From Eledone cirrhosa (lineage: Eukaryota): a stretch of 64,000 nt of DNA. This document shows, piece by piece, positions 13,528 to 28,367 of the stretch. Where the stretch lies: contig OZ024747.1 of NCBI GenBank assembly GCA_964016885.1, forward strand, positions 3,844,001 to 3,908,000. The letters are read 5' to 3'. Both the position numbers and the translations under genes were made by a program. Numbering within the stretch: the first letter of the stretch is position 1; each line of letters starts with the position of its first letter. The notes beneath the pieces are model-generated. The model had not been told where the DNA came from. It worked only from the letters and a program-made list of their open reading frames with translations, and did not search any database.

Positions 13528-13700
13528 ATAATTGTTTCTACTTTTGGCACAAGGCCAGCAATTATCCCAGTGTATCACTGGTACTTTATTTTATCGACCC
13601 CATAAGGATGAAAAGCAAAGTTAACCTTGGCGGGATCTGAACTCAGACCATAAAGGGCCGTAACTCTTTGCTGCAAAAGATGGCGTCCAACCCTCTATGT
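13528..13700 (-). mobile_element. tRNA-derived Meta-like SINE
   Basis: Reverse complement of the 8960-9144 family. Confidence 0.8.
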
Positions 13701-15698
13701 ACATTATGGTGTCCTATCTACCAACTGATGGGGAAATATAAGAAAATGTTCAATTCTTTATTTCTATCTGTTATGTAGTGAGACATAGACATTGCTCTGT
13801 TACTCTAAGTCTCGTATAAAGTAAATGAGAATCTCATTATGTTACAGTCGTCTGTGTTGGGACAGTCATTAGTGCACCTCATTAAATACTTTATAATATT
13901 TGACTTGGGTTTTAGGGTGGTGGGTGGCAGTAGAGCATTAGACATGCTTTGTGGTATATAGTTACATACCTTTGCATTCGGTCTGATTTCAAATCTTACC
14001 AACGTTAGCTTTGCTTTTCATCCTTATGTGGTCAATAAAATAGAGCACCAGTAACATACTGGGGTCATTTTAATCGACTTTCCCCTCTAAATTTATTGGC
14101 TTTGTGCCTAAATCAGAAACTAATATTTGTATTGGGTTTCTTAATTCCAAGTTCAAAACCTACTAAGGTAAACTTTTAATCCTGTCAGAGCCAATAAAAT
14201 ATCAGTCTAGGATGGATTGGTGGAATTTTTACAGCACTTATATGTTTTGGTCCCATGCATTCAGAGTTTAAATCCTGATGCTTGTCACAGGAAACTGTTG
14301 ACAATATTGAACGGGTGTCCTTATCATAAAAGCATCTAAGATGTTTCCTATGATACACAACCTTGGAAGAAGCTGACTTAAAGTGTAAGCTGTGAGCCAT
14401 AACCAGGCTTCAGAATAAAGCTAGGTAGACTAGATAGCATGAATCAACAGTTTTGAAGGTTTAACTCACTTCAACTTCTATTTCTCATATTCTGTTCTGT
14501 TAATTGTAAAGGTATGTTGTAGACTGCATGTACAAGATATTCCCATACATAAATTATATGTATTTAGCTCTGATTAATAAAATACAGTTTGAAATAGGGC
14601 CTATATTTCACATTTAGACTGGTCACACTGTTGACATCTCACTGCTACCATGACTACCAACATTATTTTTCTACACTCAAGAAAGAATTTAAATGTAAAT
14701 TTGAAAGCAGAAGGGACTCAGGAGTCATAGCATGGATGCAGCCTCCCCACCACTACCACCAGCACCTTAGAGTTTGAGAAGATAAGGGCTGAATCATTTA
14801 CTTGAGGGAAGGTTTCTTTTCTGAAGACCTGTTGCTATCCAGCTTTCCTGAGAGATTCTTACCAGCACTACATCTTGTCTGGCCCTATTACCAACCTTAC
14901 ATAGACCCAGTCTTAGCAATTGGTTAAAGTCAGGATATAGAACTATTATAAAACACACATTGTCTCTTGACCAAAATAACAGCAAGTATATTAAATTGGT
15001 TTAATGTTCTGTTCAACAGAGCTAGTGTGTTTCTTGTTGTTGTTGTTGTTTGTGGCTGGCAAAGTGAAGTCACTTCTAATTAGTCATGAAGCAAATTTTA
15101 GCAATCCTACTTCTTTTCAGTTAATTAGTCTAAAGATAACTTTGTAATAATTGTGTAAGCTATATTGACAGGTAGAGCTGAGAAAATAATAGAGTTGTTA
15201 TAATGTAAGACAAGTTTATGTACATTGCCTGGTTGATTTGATGTATTGGTCAGACTGAAGTGATAGCAAGGAAGGATTATAAGTGTAAATTATAGATAAA
15301 TAATTGTGTAACAAATGGATATAATTAAACTTTTAGCAGGAAGAAAGGTGTGGAGATGGTGCAGTAGATGTAGTTGAGAGACAGGATCATAAAGTATGAA
15401 GATGTATATGTTACTGTTGTTTAGCCTCAGGTCAGCTATGATTGCACAAATAATTTATATATCAAAGAGTTTAGTATGCTGCCAAAAATCTCTAGGTGTT
15501 ACAACATTAAATTTAATCTGACCAATTTTTATGTGAAGGATATTTGAGCTCTGACAACTTTATATACAACCAGGTGATATGAAACAGGTCTTGTGTGATA
15601 TGAGGATATTTGATTAATCGTCATCATCATTTAATATCTGCTTTCTCTGTTAATAAGGGTTGGACAGGTCTACTTAGACAAACTCAGTACTGAAGTGA

Positions 15699-15865
15699 GG
15701 CTACTGACCTCTCAGACAAACTACAGGGTCTGTATCTCACTCAACTCTGTACAGAAACAGGGCTACTGACCTCTCAGACAAGCTACACGGTCTGTATCTC
15801 ACTCAACTCAGTAGAGAAACAGGGCTACTGACCTCCCAAACAAACTACAGGGTTTGTATCTCACC
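15699..15865. repeat. 62-bp minisatellite, ~2.7 copies
   Basis: GGCTACTGACCTC recurs at ~15699, 15761 and 15823. Confidence 0.85.
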
Positions 15866-16768
15866 TTCGTATGGTTGTATGTTCTATTGAGTGCACAGGG
15901 GAGGTTGTCATGTCTTTGACGCAACTGTTTGGCAGGCTTTCTACAGCTGAATGCTGTTCCTATCACCAACCACTTTACAGAGTGTACTGGGTGCGTTTGT
16001 CATGTAGATCACCAAAACAATAAACATGCGAGGGGCAATATAATTCTGGAAGTGTTATAGAGACAAAATCTATTGCTTTTGTAATATTTGATATAATTTT
16101 AAAATATTCATGAATATGTTATATAAGAGATAAGCATAAGAACCACCACATCACAATATTTATTGCAGACTGGAATATTTTCCCAAGAAATGTATGAAAT
16201 ATTTATGTATAAAATTTTTGCAAAATTTTTTTTATTGGAATATTTTTTTTTTAAAGGGAGAGAGGGGAAATATTATTGATTTTTGAATTTGAGTCATGAT
16301 GGGAGAATACTGGAAATTGCTGCATTATATTTATTGGTGGTAAAGATCTTTCTCCCAGTTTGAATATCATACCAAGTCTATCTGGCTGGATAAGAATTTT
16401 TCCATTACAACCATGTGGTCTTGGGTTCTATCCCTTTGCAGGAAAACTTGGCAAAATGTCTTCTGTTCTAACCTCAGGCTAACCAATCCCTTGTGAATGA
16501 ATTTGGTACGTGGAATCTGTAGAAAGCCCATTGTATATATGGCTGACTGAATACACATGTTTTTCCTCAATTTTTTTTTTTTTCTGTTCCCTCCAGTTTT
16601 CCCTCTCAATCTTTTTATTTCATCTTTTATTTCTCACTCTATATTCTGATGAAAGACTAATGTCTGAAACATATAGACTCTTTTCCTACTATATCAAGTG
16701 TTAAACAAATATATTTCTTCAGTGTACTGCGTTGTTTGCTTTGTTGTTTCCACTTACGTTTTGCATAT

Positions 16769-16965
16769 ATCATCATCATCATCATTTCATTTTACGTCCG
16801 CTTTTCCCTGCTTGCAAGGGTGGGACGGGAACTGATTCTGGCTTGATTTCTACAGCTGGATGCCCTTCCTAACACCAACCTCATTTACAGTGAGTGCTGG
16901 GTGCTTTTTTTCTTTTTTGCCGTGGCACCTCCACGACCACTTTGCAGTGGAATGATAGGGACCCC
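16769..16965 (-). mobile_element. 3' part of CORE-like SINE with RTE-derived tail
   Basis: Near-identical to 39308-39500 and 24136-24270. Confidence 0.8.
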
Positions 16966-17228
16966 ATATATATATCATTTACAAATATTATTTATTTATT
17001 TATTTATATATTTAATAATTGTCTAAAAGAGAAAAAAATAAAAAGGAAAAAAATATATTTTTCTCCCTATTTTCATATACACCACCACTACACTACCACC
17101 CAACCACTACACCACATTATATCTGTACATAGATCATTATATTCTACTGAAATATGTTTAATTTAATATTCCAACTCGTGTGCTCCTTCTCCACATTTTA
17201 TTATTATTATATACATATATATATATAT

Positions 17229-17416
17229 AACAATATATAACAATATACGAAAACATGGGCGGAGGTGGTGAGAGCAGACCTCAGATTGCTGAAACTCACA
17301 GAGGAGATGACGAAGGACCGTGACAAGTGGAGAGATGCTGTGCTGAATAGGACTCGTCCAACCCTTGCAAGCAGGGAAAAGCAGACGTAAAATGATGATG
17401 GTGATGATGATGATGA
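17229..17416 (+). mobile_element. RTE LINE extreme 3' fragment (second subfamily)
   Basis: Translates KTWAEVVRADLRLLKLTEEMTKDRDKWRDAV, the RTE C-terminal KTW...DR..WR motif, and ends in (GAT)n. Confidence 0.75.
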
Positions 17417-17577
17417 TATATATGCAACTTTAGTGTTTATCTATAAAATGTCTAATTTTAGGAATATATTTTATGTTAAAATTCTTATATCCAAACTTCC
17501 TTATTCTCTATTGTCAGAGAACCAACTCTGACCACCTGGCTGTCTTCTACCTTTAACATGTATCTCTGTCACACACC

Positions 17578-18718
17578 CCTAGCCCACAACACTACCATCT
17601 AACCACACCACTACACTACCACCTCACCACTACACTACCACCACACTACCACCTAACCAAACCACTACACTATCACCTCACCACTACACCACCACTACAC
17701 TACCACCCAACCACTACACCACCACTACACTACCACCCAACCACTACACTACACTACCACCCAACCACTACACTACACTACCACCCAACCACTACACTAC
17801 ACTACCACCCAACCACTACACTACACTACCACCCAACCACTACACTACACTACCACCTAACCACACCACTACACTACCACCCAACCACTACACTACACTA
17901 CCACCCAACCACTACACTACCACCTAACCACTACACCACCACCACACTAACACCCAACCACTACACCTCCACTACACTACCACCTAACCACTACACTACA
18001 CCTAACCACACCACCACACTACCACCCAACCACTGTACCACCACTACACCACCACTACACCACCACTACACCACCACTACACTACCACCCAACCACTACA
18101 CCACCACTACACCACCACTACACCACCACTACACCACCACCCAACCACTACACCACCACTACACCACCACTACACTACCACCCAACCACTACACCACCAC
18201 TACACTACCACCAAACCACTACACAACCACTACACCACCACTACACTACCACCCAACCACTACACTACACCACCACTACACTACACCACCACTACACCAC
18301 CACTACACTACCACCCAACCACTACACCACCACTACACCACCACTACACTACCACCCAACCACTACACCACCACTATACCACCACTACACCACCACTACA
18401 CTACCACCCAACCACTACACAACCACTACACCACCACTACACTACCACCCAACCACTACACCACCACTACACCACCACTACACTACCACCCAACCACTAC
18501 ACCACCACTATACCACCACTACACCACCACTACACTACCACCCAACCACTACACCACCACTACACCACCACTACACTACCACCCAACCACTACACCACCA
18601 CTATACCACCACTACACCACCACTACACTACCAACCAACCACTACACCACCACTACACCACCACTACACTACACCACCACTACACCACCACTACACTACC
18701 ACCCAACCACTACACCAC
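17578..18718. repeat. CCACTACA-based low-complexity satellite
   Basis: Direct reading. Confidence 0.95.
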
Positions 18719-19251
18719 ATTATATCTGTACATAGATCATTATATTCTACTGAAATATGTTTAATTTAATCTAAAAATGTATTTGTGAATATCGACAATA
18801 TAAATGTGTGTGTATATATATCTAACATAGCGTCACTACTTGGTGTGTGAGAGTGTGTGTATTCATGTATGTGGATGTGTGTGTGTGTGTGTGTACATAC
18901 TTACATAGATACATATAGATATATATGTCTGTGTGCGTGTATGTGTGTATTTGCATGCATGTGTGTGTGTGTTTGCGTTTGTGTACATACACACATACAT
19001 ACATACTTATACATAAATATATATACATAGATATATATGTATGTATTTGTGTGTGTGTATTTTCAAGTGTGTGTGTTTGTGTATATATATACATACATAC
19101 ATACTTATACATAAATATATATACATAGATATATATGTATGTATTTGTGTGTGCGTATTTTCAAGTGTGTGTGTTTGTGTATATATATACATACATACAT
19201 ACTTATACATAAATATATATACATAGATATTTATGTATGTATATGTATTTG

Positions 19252-19283
<32 letters not shown>

Positions 19284-20595
19284 TGTAGACACATGTATGT
19301 AGATATGTATCTATAGATGTGTGTGTATGTATACAGGAATGTTTGTATGTCATGTGTGCCCTAATACCAAACCACATTTTCACTGTGTACATATATATAT
19401 ATATATATATGTGTGTGTGGGTGGGTGTATCTGTCTGTGTATGTGTGTATATATACATACACACATATACATACATGCATACTTACATATATAAATACAG
19501 GCATGCATATATACATATATACATACATACTTACATGCATTCATACATACAAGCATATATACATACATCCATACTTACATGCATATATACATACATGCAT
19601 ATATACATACATGCATATATATATACATACATATATTCATACTTACATACATACATACATACACAGATACATATACCCACGTTTATACACATATACACAC
19701 ATATATACATACACATATACACACACATACACACACATGCACACACACACAAACATAGACACATATATACATACACATACACACACACATACGCACACAT
19801 ACATACAGACGCACACATACATATACATATACATACACACACATACATACACACACCTTCATACACATACGCATACATACACACACATACATTCACACAC
19901 ATACATACACACATATATACATCCACATATACACATACATATACACACACATACATACACACACACATACAAATACCCAGTTTTTAAAAAGTAAATATAA
20001 AGAAACAAAACACAATTTAGGTTAATTTATCAATTAATACTTGAAATTTTCATTGTGTGCTGTTAAAATGTTTCTTATCTCTTCTTTTACCGAAATTTAT
20101 TGGAAAATCAATAAACCTAGAAACTTAGAACACGTTTCTTTATTTATTTTAAAAATTTGAGATGAAATATTTTGCAAAAATTAAATTTTGCTCTCATAAT
20201 TAACGACATAATTGAATTTATTGCTAGATAATTAAATTTAGTTTGAAGATAAAATTTACTTCTGTTGAAGCAAGAAGTTTCCTGGAAAATTTATTTCAAA
20301 AATCGTGCAGATTTGCTTGTCTTTGTCAGAAAGCTATGAGTAATAAAAAAGACAACAACAGCAACAACAACAACAGTAACAAAAATACAAAAATAATACA
20401 ACTACAAAAATAACCACATAACAACTAAGTTATTTATTCATTGTATTTATTTTTTCAGTTTAATTTATTTAATTATTCATCTATATTTTATTTATTAATT
20501 TATTTGTATATTTATTCATCTATTTTAGTTATATATACATTTATATGTATATATTTATTTATATTTACATATATATATTTATATTTACACATATA

Positions 20596-20705
<110 letters not shown>

Positions 20706-21125
20706 TATAAATATATATAAATATAATATATATATATACTTCTATTTCTCTTAAAACAAAATGTTTTCCAGCAATATTTTGTTACCATCTTCATTTGTTG
20801 GTTTACTTCGCAATTTCTTGTCTTTACTATACAACAACCATTGTTGTAGACTTGTTCTACTTATTGATGGTGTTGATGGTGATGATGGTGATGATGGTGA
20901 TGATGGTGATGATGTTGATGTTGATGTTGATGTAGTTCTAGTTATTGCTGTTGATGATGATATGATGATGGTGATGACTACACTATCTCTTTTACATATA
21001 CATATATACCTATATACACACATATATACCTATATACATACATATATATATATATATATATACATACAAACATATACATGCATATATACATACATATATA
21101 CATACATATATACATATATATATAT

Positions 21126-21733
21126 GGTGGCTGCCAACTCGTTTTCGAGTACGGCCACTACTTTATATACATGTAGGAGAACCCCTACCGATGTGCTGAA
21201 CAAGTGTGACTTTTTAGTCCAGCCAGCGACTTAAAAACTCTGGTACAAACACTACACTTGTGACAATTATTGACACATAGTGCTGGGCCCATGGTACCAT
21301 GTAACGACAAGTGCAGAGAGATCTCCAGATATAAGGCAATGCCTGTGCCATGAATCTTTTATAGTGAGCAAAGGCACTGCACAAAGCCAGTCCCACTCTC
21401 TTAACCAAGATGATATTTACCAAAAAGAAGAACATGTCAACATCATTGGATACCATCAGGGTTGCAGGTGTTATATCAGAGTTTTCCTTCTCCTAGAATT
21501 CTGCCTTGACAAAGGCTAAGGGGTCATCTCTCCCGGTGATTTTGGATGGCCATTGACTCTTAAGAGCTCCTTTGCCCTTTGACAGGTTTTGTTTTTAGTC
21601 CTGCAGGATGTCCAAAGTCACCCTCCTCACCAAGAAACCTTGGTGGGGTTGCCAGTTTAGTCGCCAACGACCCGACCATGGGACAGGTTGTACTGGGATA
21701 CATGTTACCAGTAGCACCAACTGGTGACCTGAC
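21126..21733 (-). mobile_element. Probable RTE 5'-UTR-derived non-autonomous element; diverged relative at ~41980-42180
   Basis: GC-richer insert between microsatellites. Minus strand has ...GCCTT...GGCAG...CTAGGAGAAGGAAAACTCTGAT, resembling RTE 5' regions. Its end (GTTTAGTCGCCAA...GTACTGG...CCAGTA...TGACCTGAC) is shared with 42097-42178. Confidence 0.45.
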
Positions 21734-22069
21734 ATATACATATATACACACATACATACATATATACATACTTATATACATACATACACATATACCTACA
21801 TGCATACTTACATACATATATGCCTACCTACATGCACACATACATACCTACCTACATACATACCTACCTACCTACATACATACATACATACATACATACA
21901 TACATACATACATACATACATACATACATACATACATACATACATACATACATACATACACACATTCTGACACAATTATCTAACTTTAAATATTTGCAAT
22001 AAAAGTTTGTCTGCCTCTCTCACATTTTATTTTTAATTCTCACAAATTATAAAATATAAAACTATATAC

Positions 22070-22135
<66 letters not shown>

Positions 22136-22218
22136 GTATATATATATATATGTATATGTATAGTTGTATATATTTTATATATATAGTGAGAGAGAGAGAG
22201 CGAGAGATAGATAGATAG

Positions 22219-22270
<52 letters not shown>

Positions 22271-22819
22271 TGTATATATTTATGTATCATTTTATGTTTT
22301 ATTTCAAAGGGTTAAGGGTTAATTAAGTGATGCTTCTGATTCGTGGAATTTGTTTTCTTTTGATATATTTTTGATTCTCAAATGGAAACGGTAAACCACT
22401 CTCTATGATGAAATCAGAAATACCAAGAACAGAACATAAACATAACAAAAATAAACATAAAAATAAAAACACAAATGTAAAAATAAACATAAAAATAAAC
22501 CTAAAAATAAACCTAGAAATAAACCTAAAAATAAACATAAAATAAATATAAAAACATATAGAAGTTGTGACCTGAGCAGTTGTGGCAATATTCTGTAAGA
22601 GGTACTGATTCAATTGGCATTTAATGAAAGATATCTTCAACAAATATATGTTTGGTTTCTGTTTGATTTCTTTTGAAGGGAGCCTTTGAATGTAGCTACA
22701 GCTTGCAAATACAGACATCAATGGCGAAACAGTTACAGCTAGATAAATGAACATTTTTCCCCCCTTTAAAGATATCCCTTTAAGTACCTGGTTATCTTTA
22801 AGTATAGGAAATATATAAA

Positions 22820-22939
22820 AACTTCCCACGCCACCTTTTCAAAGGCAGCACGTATCCGCCATAATTACGGGATAAATATATACAAATGTTACTTTCAATT
22901 AAAAATGGAGGGAAGTCATAATTTCCTCATGTTGTAAGT
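22820..22939 (+). promoter_or_regulatory. Candidate promoter / non-coding first exon of the protocadherin
   Basis: Unique CpG-containing sequence ending in a GTAAGT donor at 22934, 2 kb upstream of the acceptor at 24896. No transcript evidence. Confidence 0.3.
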
Positions 22940-23954
22940 AAGACTTGACTGAGAAATGTTAACTCTATTTATTTCTTCATTTCTCTATACTGTGATTCAT
23001 GGAAGTCAAACAGAATGTGATATAGCTATTCCCTACAATTTTCTACCATTCTCTATCATTTCAGCATGCCATGCCACGCCATGCCACGTCATGCCATGCC
23101 ATGCCACACCATGCCATTGCATGCTATGTCATGTTCCCTTCTGACCTCTGTTTATATATATTCCTGTTGTATAGAAAAGCAGCTTGATGTGTATTTTCCT
23201 GCTTCAAACAGACAATTCTAAAGCCCAGTTGTGATAATGAATTCATTTACAGGTAGCTATTGACAGAGCAGGCTACTTTATTGGTCTTATTCCAAGTGTT
23301 ACAACATTTTTCTTCTTTTTACTTTAATAGAATCAGAAACACTAATACCGTCTTTATTAGTGTATGACTAGATTTTATTGATAGAACTACCATACATACT
23401 AAGCAGTGAATTAGCAATCATTAAATTGATGGATAGAGTGTGAATGTACCTGGCCTAGTTGGTAACAGTGTTGGCTTTACGATCATAAGGTCATGGGTTC
23501 AATTCCTGGACTGGACTGGGTTATGTGTTGTGTTCATTTCACTTTGCTCCAGTATACTCAGCTGAAAATGAGTACCAGCAATATCTGGGGGTTTAAACCT
23601 GCAATGAACTTTAGATAGAATGTGTGACTGTATTAACAATACACACACATACGCACATATACACATACATACACACACACATATACATACACATATATAT
23701 ACACACACTCATACACATATGTATTCATAGTATTATTTACCTGGTTTTGCTCATTTTCTTTATTATTGTGCATGTGTTACTAGGGTGTAACTAGAAGATT
23801 CCAGACTTCAGAAAGAATTCCTATAATTGTTTCTACTTTTAGCACAAGGCCAGCAATTAACCCAGTTATATATGTATTTCATGTAATATGATATAATATA
23901 ATATAATTATATTATATTATATGTAATATAATATATATATGATGATGATGATAA

Positions 23955-24014
<60 letters not shown>

Positions 24015-24018
<4 letters not shown>

Positions 24019-24128
24019 TAGAAATAGAAGCTTTCGTCATATTTTTTACTTAAGAAATTTTAGCCTGATAGTGGGGTTTAGAACCCTCAGAGAAATGGAA
24101 AAAGATGAGTATTGACATACACTCACAT
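24015..24128. mobile_element. Short insert in (TA)n, same family as the 53717-53868 fold-back
   Basis: AAGAAATTTTAGCCTGATAGTGGGGTTTAGAACCCTCAGA.AAATGGAAAAAGATGAGTATTGAC is shared with 53723-53787. Confidence 0.65.
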
Positions 24129-24135
24129 ATATATA

Positions 24136-24537
24136 TCATCATCATCATCATCATTTTACGTCCGCTTTTCCCTGCTTGGAAGGGTGGGACGGGAACTGAT
24201 TCTGGCTTGATTTCTACAGCTGGATGCCCTTCCTAACACCAACCTCATTTACAGTGAGTGCTGGGTGCTTTTTTTTGCCGTGGCGCCTACACAACCACTT
24301 TACAGTGAGTACTGGGTGCTTTTTTGCCGTGGCGCCTACACTTCCACTTTACAGTGAGAGCTGGGTGCTTTTTTTGCCGGGGCATCTCCACGACCACTTT
24401 GTAGTGGAATGATATGGACCCCAGTCCCTATCATCTCATTTCTACAGCTGAGTAAACTGGAGCAATGTGAAATAAAGTGTCTTGCTCAAGGAAACAACAC
24501 ATCACCTGGTCTGAGAATTGAACTCACAACCTTTCGA
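24136..24537 (-). mobile_element. CORE-like SINE with RTE tail, 5'-truncated
   Basis: Colinear with 39308-39611 and with the body of 42921-43165; has an internal ~48-bp triplication. Confidence 0.85.
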
Positions 24538-24934
24538 TATATATATATGATAATCATATATAGGTATACATACACTCTCTCTCATTCAGAACAGCATATC
24601 ACATTATATTTACATCTAACAGTATATTACATACTTATTATTAACAGACAACACAATATTATCACATTATCTTTTATATTATATTGTTGTTATTGTTGTT
24701 CTCTCTTTTATGTATATCATATTGTTTTTAATCATATTGTTTTCAATTTGAAAAGAATGTATTAGATAGTGTTTAACAGAATACAATAAACATTGTATGT
24801 TCTACAACAGAAACCGTTGAATTAGAAGAAATCATCACAAAGTCATTGCACATTATTTATCAATAATATTTTTTCTTTTCTTTTCTATATTTTCAGATAA
24901 AATCTCAATAATATTTGGATGAAATTATTTTGAA

Positions 24935-27370
24935 ATGACTCTGAGTAAGAAACTTTTAGAAATAGAAGTGTTTATATTGATATATATTTTAAATACAAGC
25001 CTTGGTGTTGTTCTCACTTATCATGTACAGGAAGGACAAAATCCTGGTACTTATGTGGGAGATATCGCTGCCAATACAAAATTTGTGGACAGCTTTCCAC
25101 CGCAAGACCATAACCTTATAACATTTAGTCAATTACATGAGAGTCTGAATGGAAATGCTCAGTTATTCAATGTGACCAAAGTAGGGAAGTTGTACACTGG
25201 TAAAACTTTGGACACAGAGTCACTTTGTAAATACAGAAGAGAGTGTTTTAGAATGATAGAAATTGCTGTCCGACATGAAGAATCATTTGTGAAAATTATT
25301 GAAATCAAAATTATTTTGGAAGATGTTAATGATAATGAGCCTATATTTCCAAATAAATTGATTAAACTGCAGTTTGATGAAACAGATGGGAAAGGAACCA
25401 CAAAATCTATTCCCAGTGCTGTTGATAAAGATGTTGGAGTTTTAAACTCTCAGATTGCTTATCTGCTTCGAAAAGATGATAGCGCTCCTTTTGAACTATC
25501 AGTTTTGCAAAGAATGGTTGGCACTGAGAAACTCGATATTATTCTCAAAAATAAGCTTGACAGAGAAACGAAAGATATTTATACAATACAAGTCATTGCT
25601 AAAGATGGTGGAACTCCCCCGAGGGAAGGTATTTTAAATGTTCAGATATCGGTCACAGATGTGAATGATAATGCACCTATCTTTTCTCAGAATATTTACA
25701 ATGTCTCAGTTGAAAATACAAACGATATAGAATCTCCTATTTTAACTTTATCTGCCAAAGATTTAGACATGGATAAAAACGGTGCAGTTTCGTATTATTT
25801 GAATTCTGAGACAACAGACCTGGCAAAGTCATACTTTGAACTGAATGAAATCACAGGGGAACTTTTTTTAAGTAAGAAAATTCCATTGAAGAGAAGACAA
25901 ACATATAAATTATATATCGAGGCAAAAGACGGAGGTGAACCATCTTTAAATTCTATAGCTATGGTCTATGTAAACATTATCAACCAGCAGAATAATGCAC
26001 CAAGAATTGATGTAAAATTCGTATCGAAATCAAAAGATAATTCAGCTGTGATTTCGGAAGGGGTCAAAGTTGGCAGTTTTATAGCCTATGTAAAGGTTAC
26101 CGATAATGATGCTGGACTGAACGGAGAAGTTTCTTGTGATCTTCACAATAATAAAATACAACTCCAAGAACTTGGCAGAAAGAAATACAAGGTTATTGTG
26201 AAAAACTCTGTTGATAGAGAGACACAAGATTACATTGACTTTTCAATTATTTGCAAAGATGAAGGTTCTCCCTCTCTTCAGACAGAGAGAAGGTTCACCA
26301 TTCAAGTAATGGATGTCAATGATGTTCAACCACAGTTTACTAAAGACACATTCAAATTTCTAACTTATGAGAATGAGAAAGAAAACTTCCCAGTTGGTTA
26401 TATTAATGCAACTGACCCTGATTTAGGACAGGGAGGTCATTTAACCTATTCTTTATTACAGAGGCATAATGATATTCTTCCTTTTCAAATCTCTGACTTT
26501 GGATTTATTTCAACGACTCATTCATTGGACCATGAACAACAGGATATTTATGAGTTCAACATTTTAGTTACAGACAATGGCAGTCCTGCATTGAATAGTA
26601 CTGCTAAAGTGTTTGTAGAAGTTATCGATAAAAATGACAATGCCCCATATTTTACATTCCCTAGTGTTAACCCTTTCAATATAGATGTCCACTACCATCC
26701 ACAAAGTAACAATGATGTCACAACACTGAGAGCCTCTGATAGAGACAGTCATGTGAATGCTTTTCTCAGATATGAAATAATTGGAGGAAACCATAAACAG
26801 TTATTTATTGTTAACCCTTATACCGGAGTATTGTCTTTCTCTCGTCCAGTTTACCAAAATGATGCTGGGTCATATGACCTAAAATTTGTAGTGAAGGATA
26901 GTGGTACTCCAGTATTATCAGCCACCACTACAGTATTTCTAATGTTAACAGTCAGTAACAGTACTTCACAACTTTATACAGCTCAACATACTGAGTCAGA
27001 TGACATGATACATATCAGTTTAGTAGTAATAATTGTAATAGCAGCTGTGATAATATCTACAGCTATTGTAGTCTCTATAATAGTCTGCATTGTTCAAAGA
27101 CAGAATCAGAGAGATGTTCAATATGGATACCGAATTGATGCAAATAATGATTTAGTTGGGGAGAGAAGACACTCTGAAGATATTTGTGAGCAAATATCTC
27201 TAAAATATGATGCCCCTGTTGCTATGGAGACCAATCCAAGTCTCAGCAGAACCCCCCACTCAGCATCAGTATTAAAAAGAGGGTTTTATTCAGGATATAA
27301 ATCTGGACAAAATTGGAGAGATTCTACTTTGGCAATTCAGCTAAAACCTTCAGCTGATGATACGACACAA
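24935..27370 (+). CDS. PCDH: Protocadherin (coleoid-type), main coding exon: signal peptide, six cadherin EC repeats, TM helix, proximal cytoplasmic tail
   Basis: 817-aa ORF with cadherin motifs (DVNDNEPIF, DKD, LDRE, DVNDNAPIF, VDRE, DVNDVQP, LDHE, DKNDNAPYF), an EC1 Cys pair, hydrophobic N-terminus and TM ISLVVIIVIAAVIISTAIVVSIIVCIV. Polypyrimidine tract plus CAG acceptor ends at 24896; donor CAA|GTAAGT follows codon 812 (phase 0). Unspliced read-through stops at 27388. Confidence 0.97.
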
Positions 27371-28182
27371 GTAAGTAATTTTTCTTAAATAAAGTTTTCT
27401 TGTTTTTCTTTTTGTTCATTATATTTATAGGTGAAGAAATCTGTTTTCTTCTTTTATCATCAGTTGATATAGTTTCAATTACAGTTTTGGAACTACAACA
27501 ACTTGGAAGAACTTTCAGAACCTGTGACATTACCATATGAAACTGTTCTCCACAAAATATGTAAAGATGAAGTAGTTGTGGTCCAGTATATAAACAACAA
27601 TCATTCATCTCAAATATACTCTCAGAAACCTTCACGTAATTTTCCTGTACTGCACAAACTGTGATTAAGACATAAAACATAATAGGTTCTATGATAAGTT
27701 CTACACCATATGGCAAGCAAATGATGTATGGAGATCTTGTTGATAAATATATATAGAGAGAGCACCATAATCTTGTACATGTTCAGGGCCTTAAAAGGAC
27801 TTAATCTGGCCTTGTAAGAAGAGCAGGACTCAGATCCATTTTCTGGGCCTCTGAAACTGATAAAAGGAAGGAAGGAAGCTATCTTTCCCCTAGAGATGTA
27901 ACCAAAATATTTGTAATAAAGTTAACTCTACTGATGGCAGTTGGGGTTGTTAAACCCAGCAATGGATGGAGTCAACCATCCAAGAATAGCTACAGAAGAT
28001 TTTCACACAGTTCTCATCGACATAACTTTACTCAGGAGGCTTGAACTGATGCAAAGATATTGTAGAAGACAGTTGTTCAAGAACTCCACATCACAGTAGG
28101 ATTAAACCTTGGTTATTATAGTTGTGGAGAGAACTTCTTAACCACACAGCCATGCTTACACTAAATCTGTCATATGTCTGGG

Positions 28183-28367
28183 GGATTGGCAGTATCAATA
28201 GAGGATCAGACACCATGCTTTGACGGATAGAGTTACGGCCCTTTCCATTCTGAGTTCAAATCCCGCCAAGGTTAATTTACCTTTCATCCTTACGGGGTCG
28301 ATAAAATAAAATACCAGTAATGCACTGGGTAATTGTTGACCTTGTACCAAAAGTAGAATTAATTATT
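28183..28367 (+). mobile_element. tRNA-derived Meta-like SINE
   Basis: Same family as 8960-9144. Confidence 0.85.

Noticed and set aside
16640-16680. CTGATGA-A-AGAC-taat-GTCT-GAAAC hammerhead-like motif
   Set aside because: Stem II is out of register and stems I and III do not pair; at best a decayed relic.
21640-21733. Possible HDV-like ribozyme at the 5' end of the RTE-like element (- strand, GGCGACTAAACTGG pairing with CCAGT)
   Set aside because: I could not build P1 and P1.1 by eye; it needs a descriptor search.
25159-26794. Short antisense or alternative-frame ORFs within the protocadherin exon
   Set aside because: Shadow ORFs of the real CDS.
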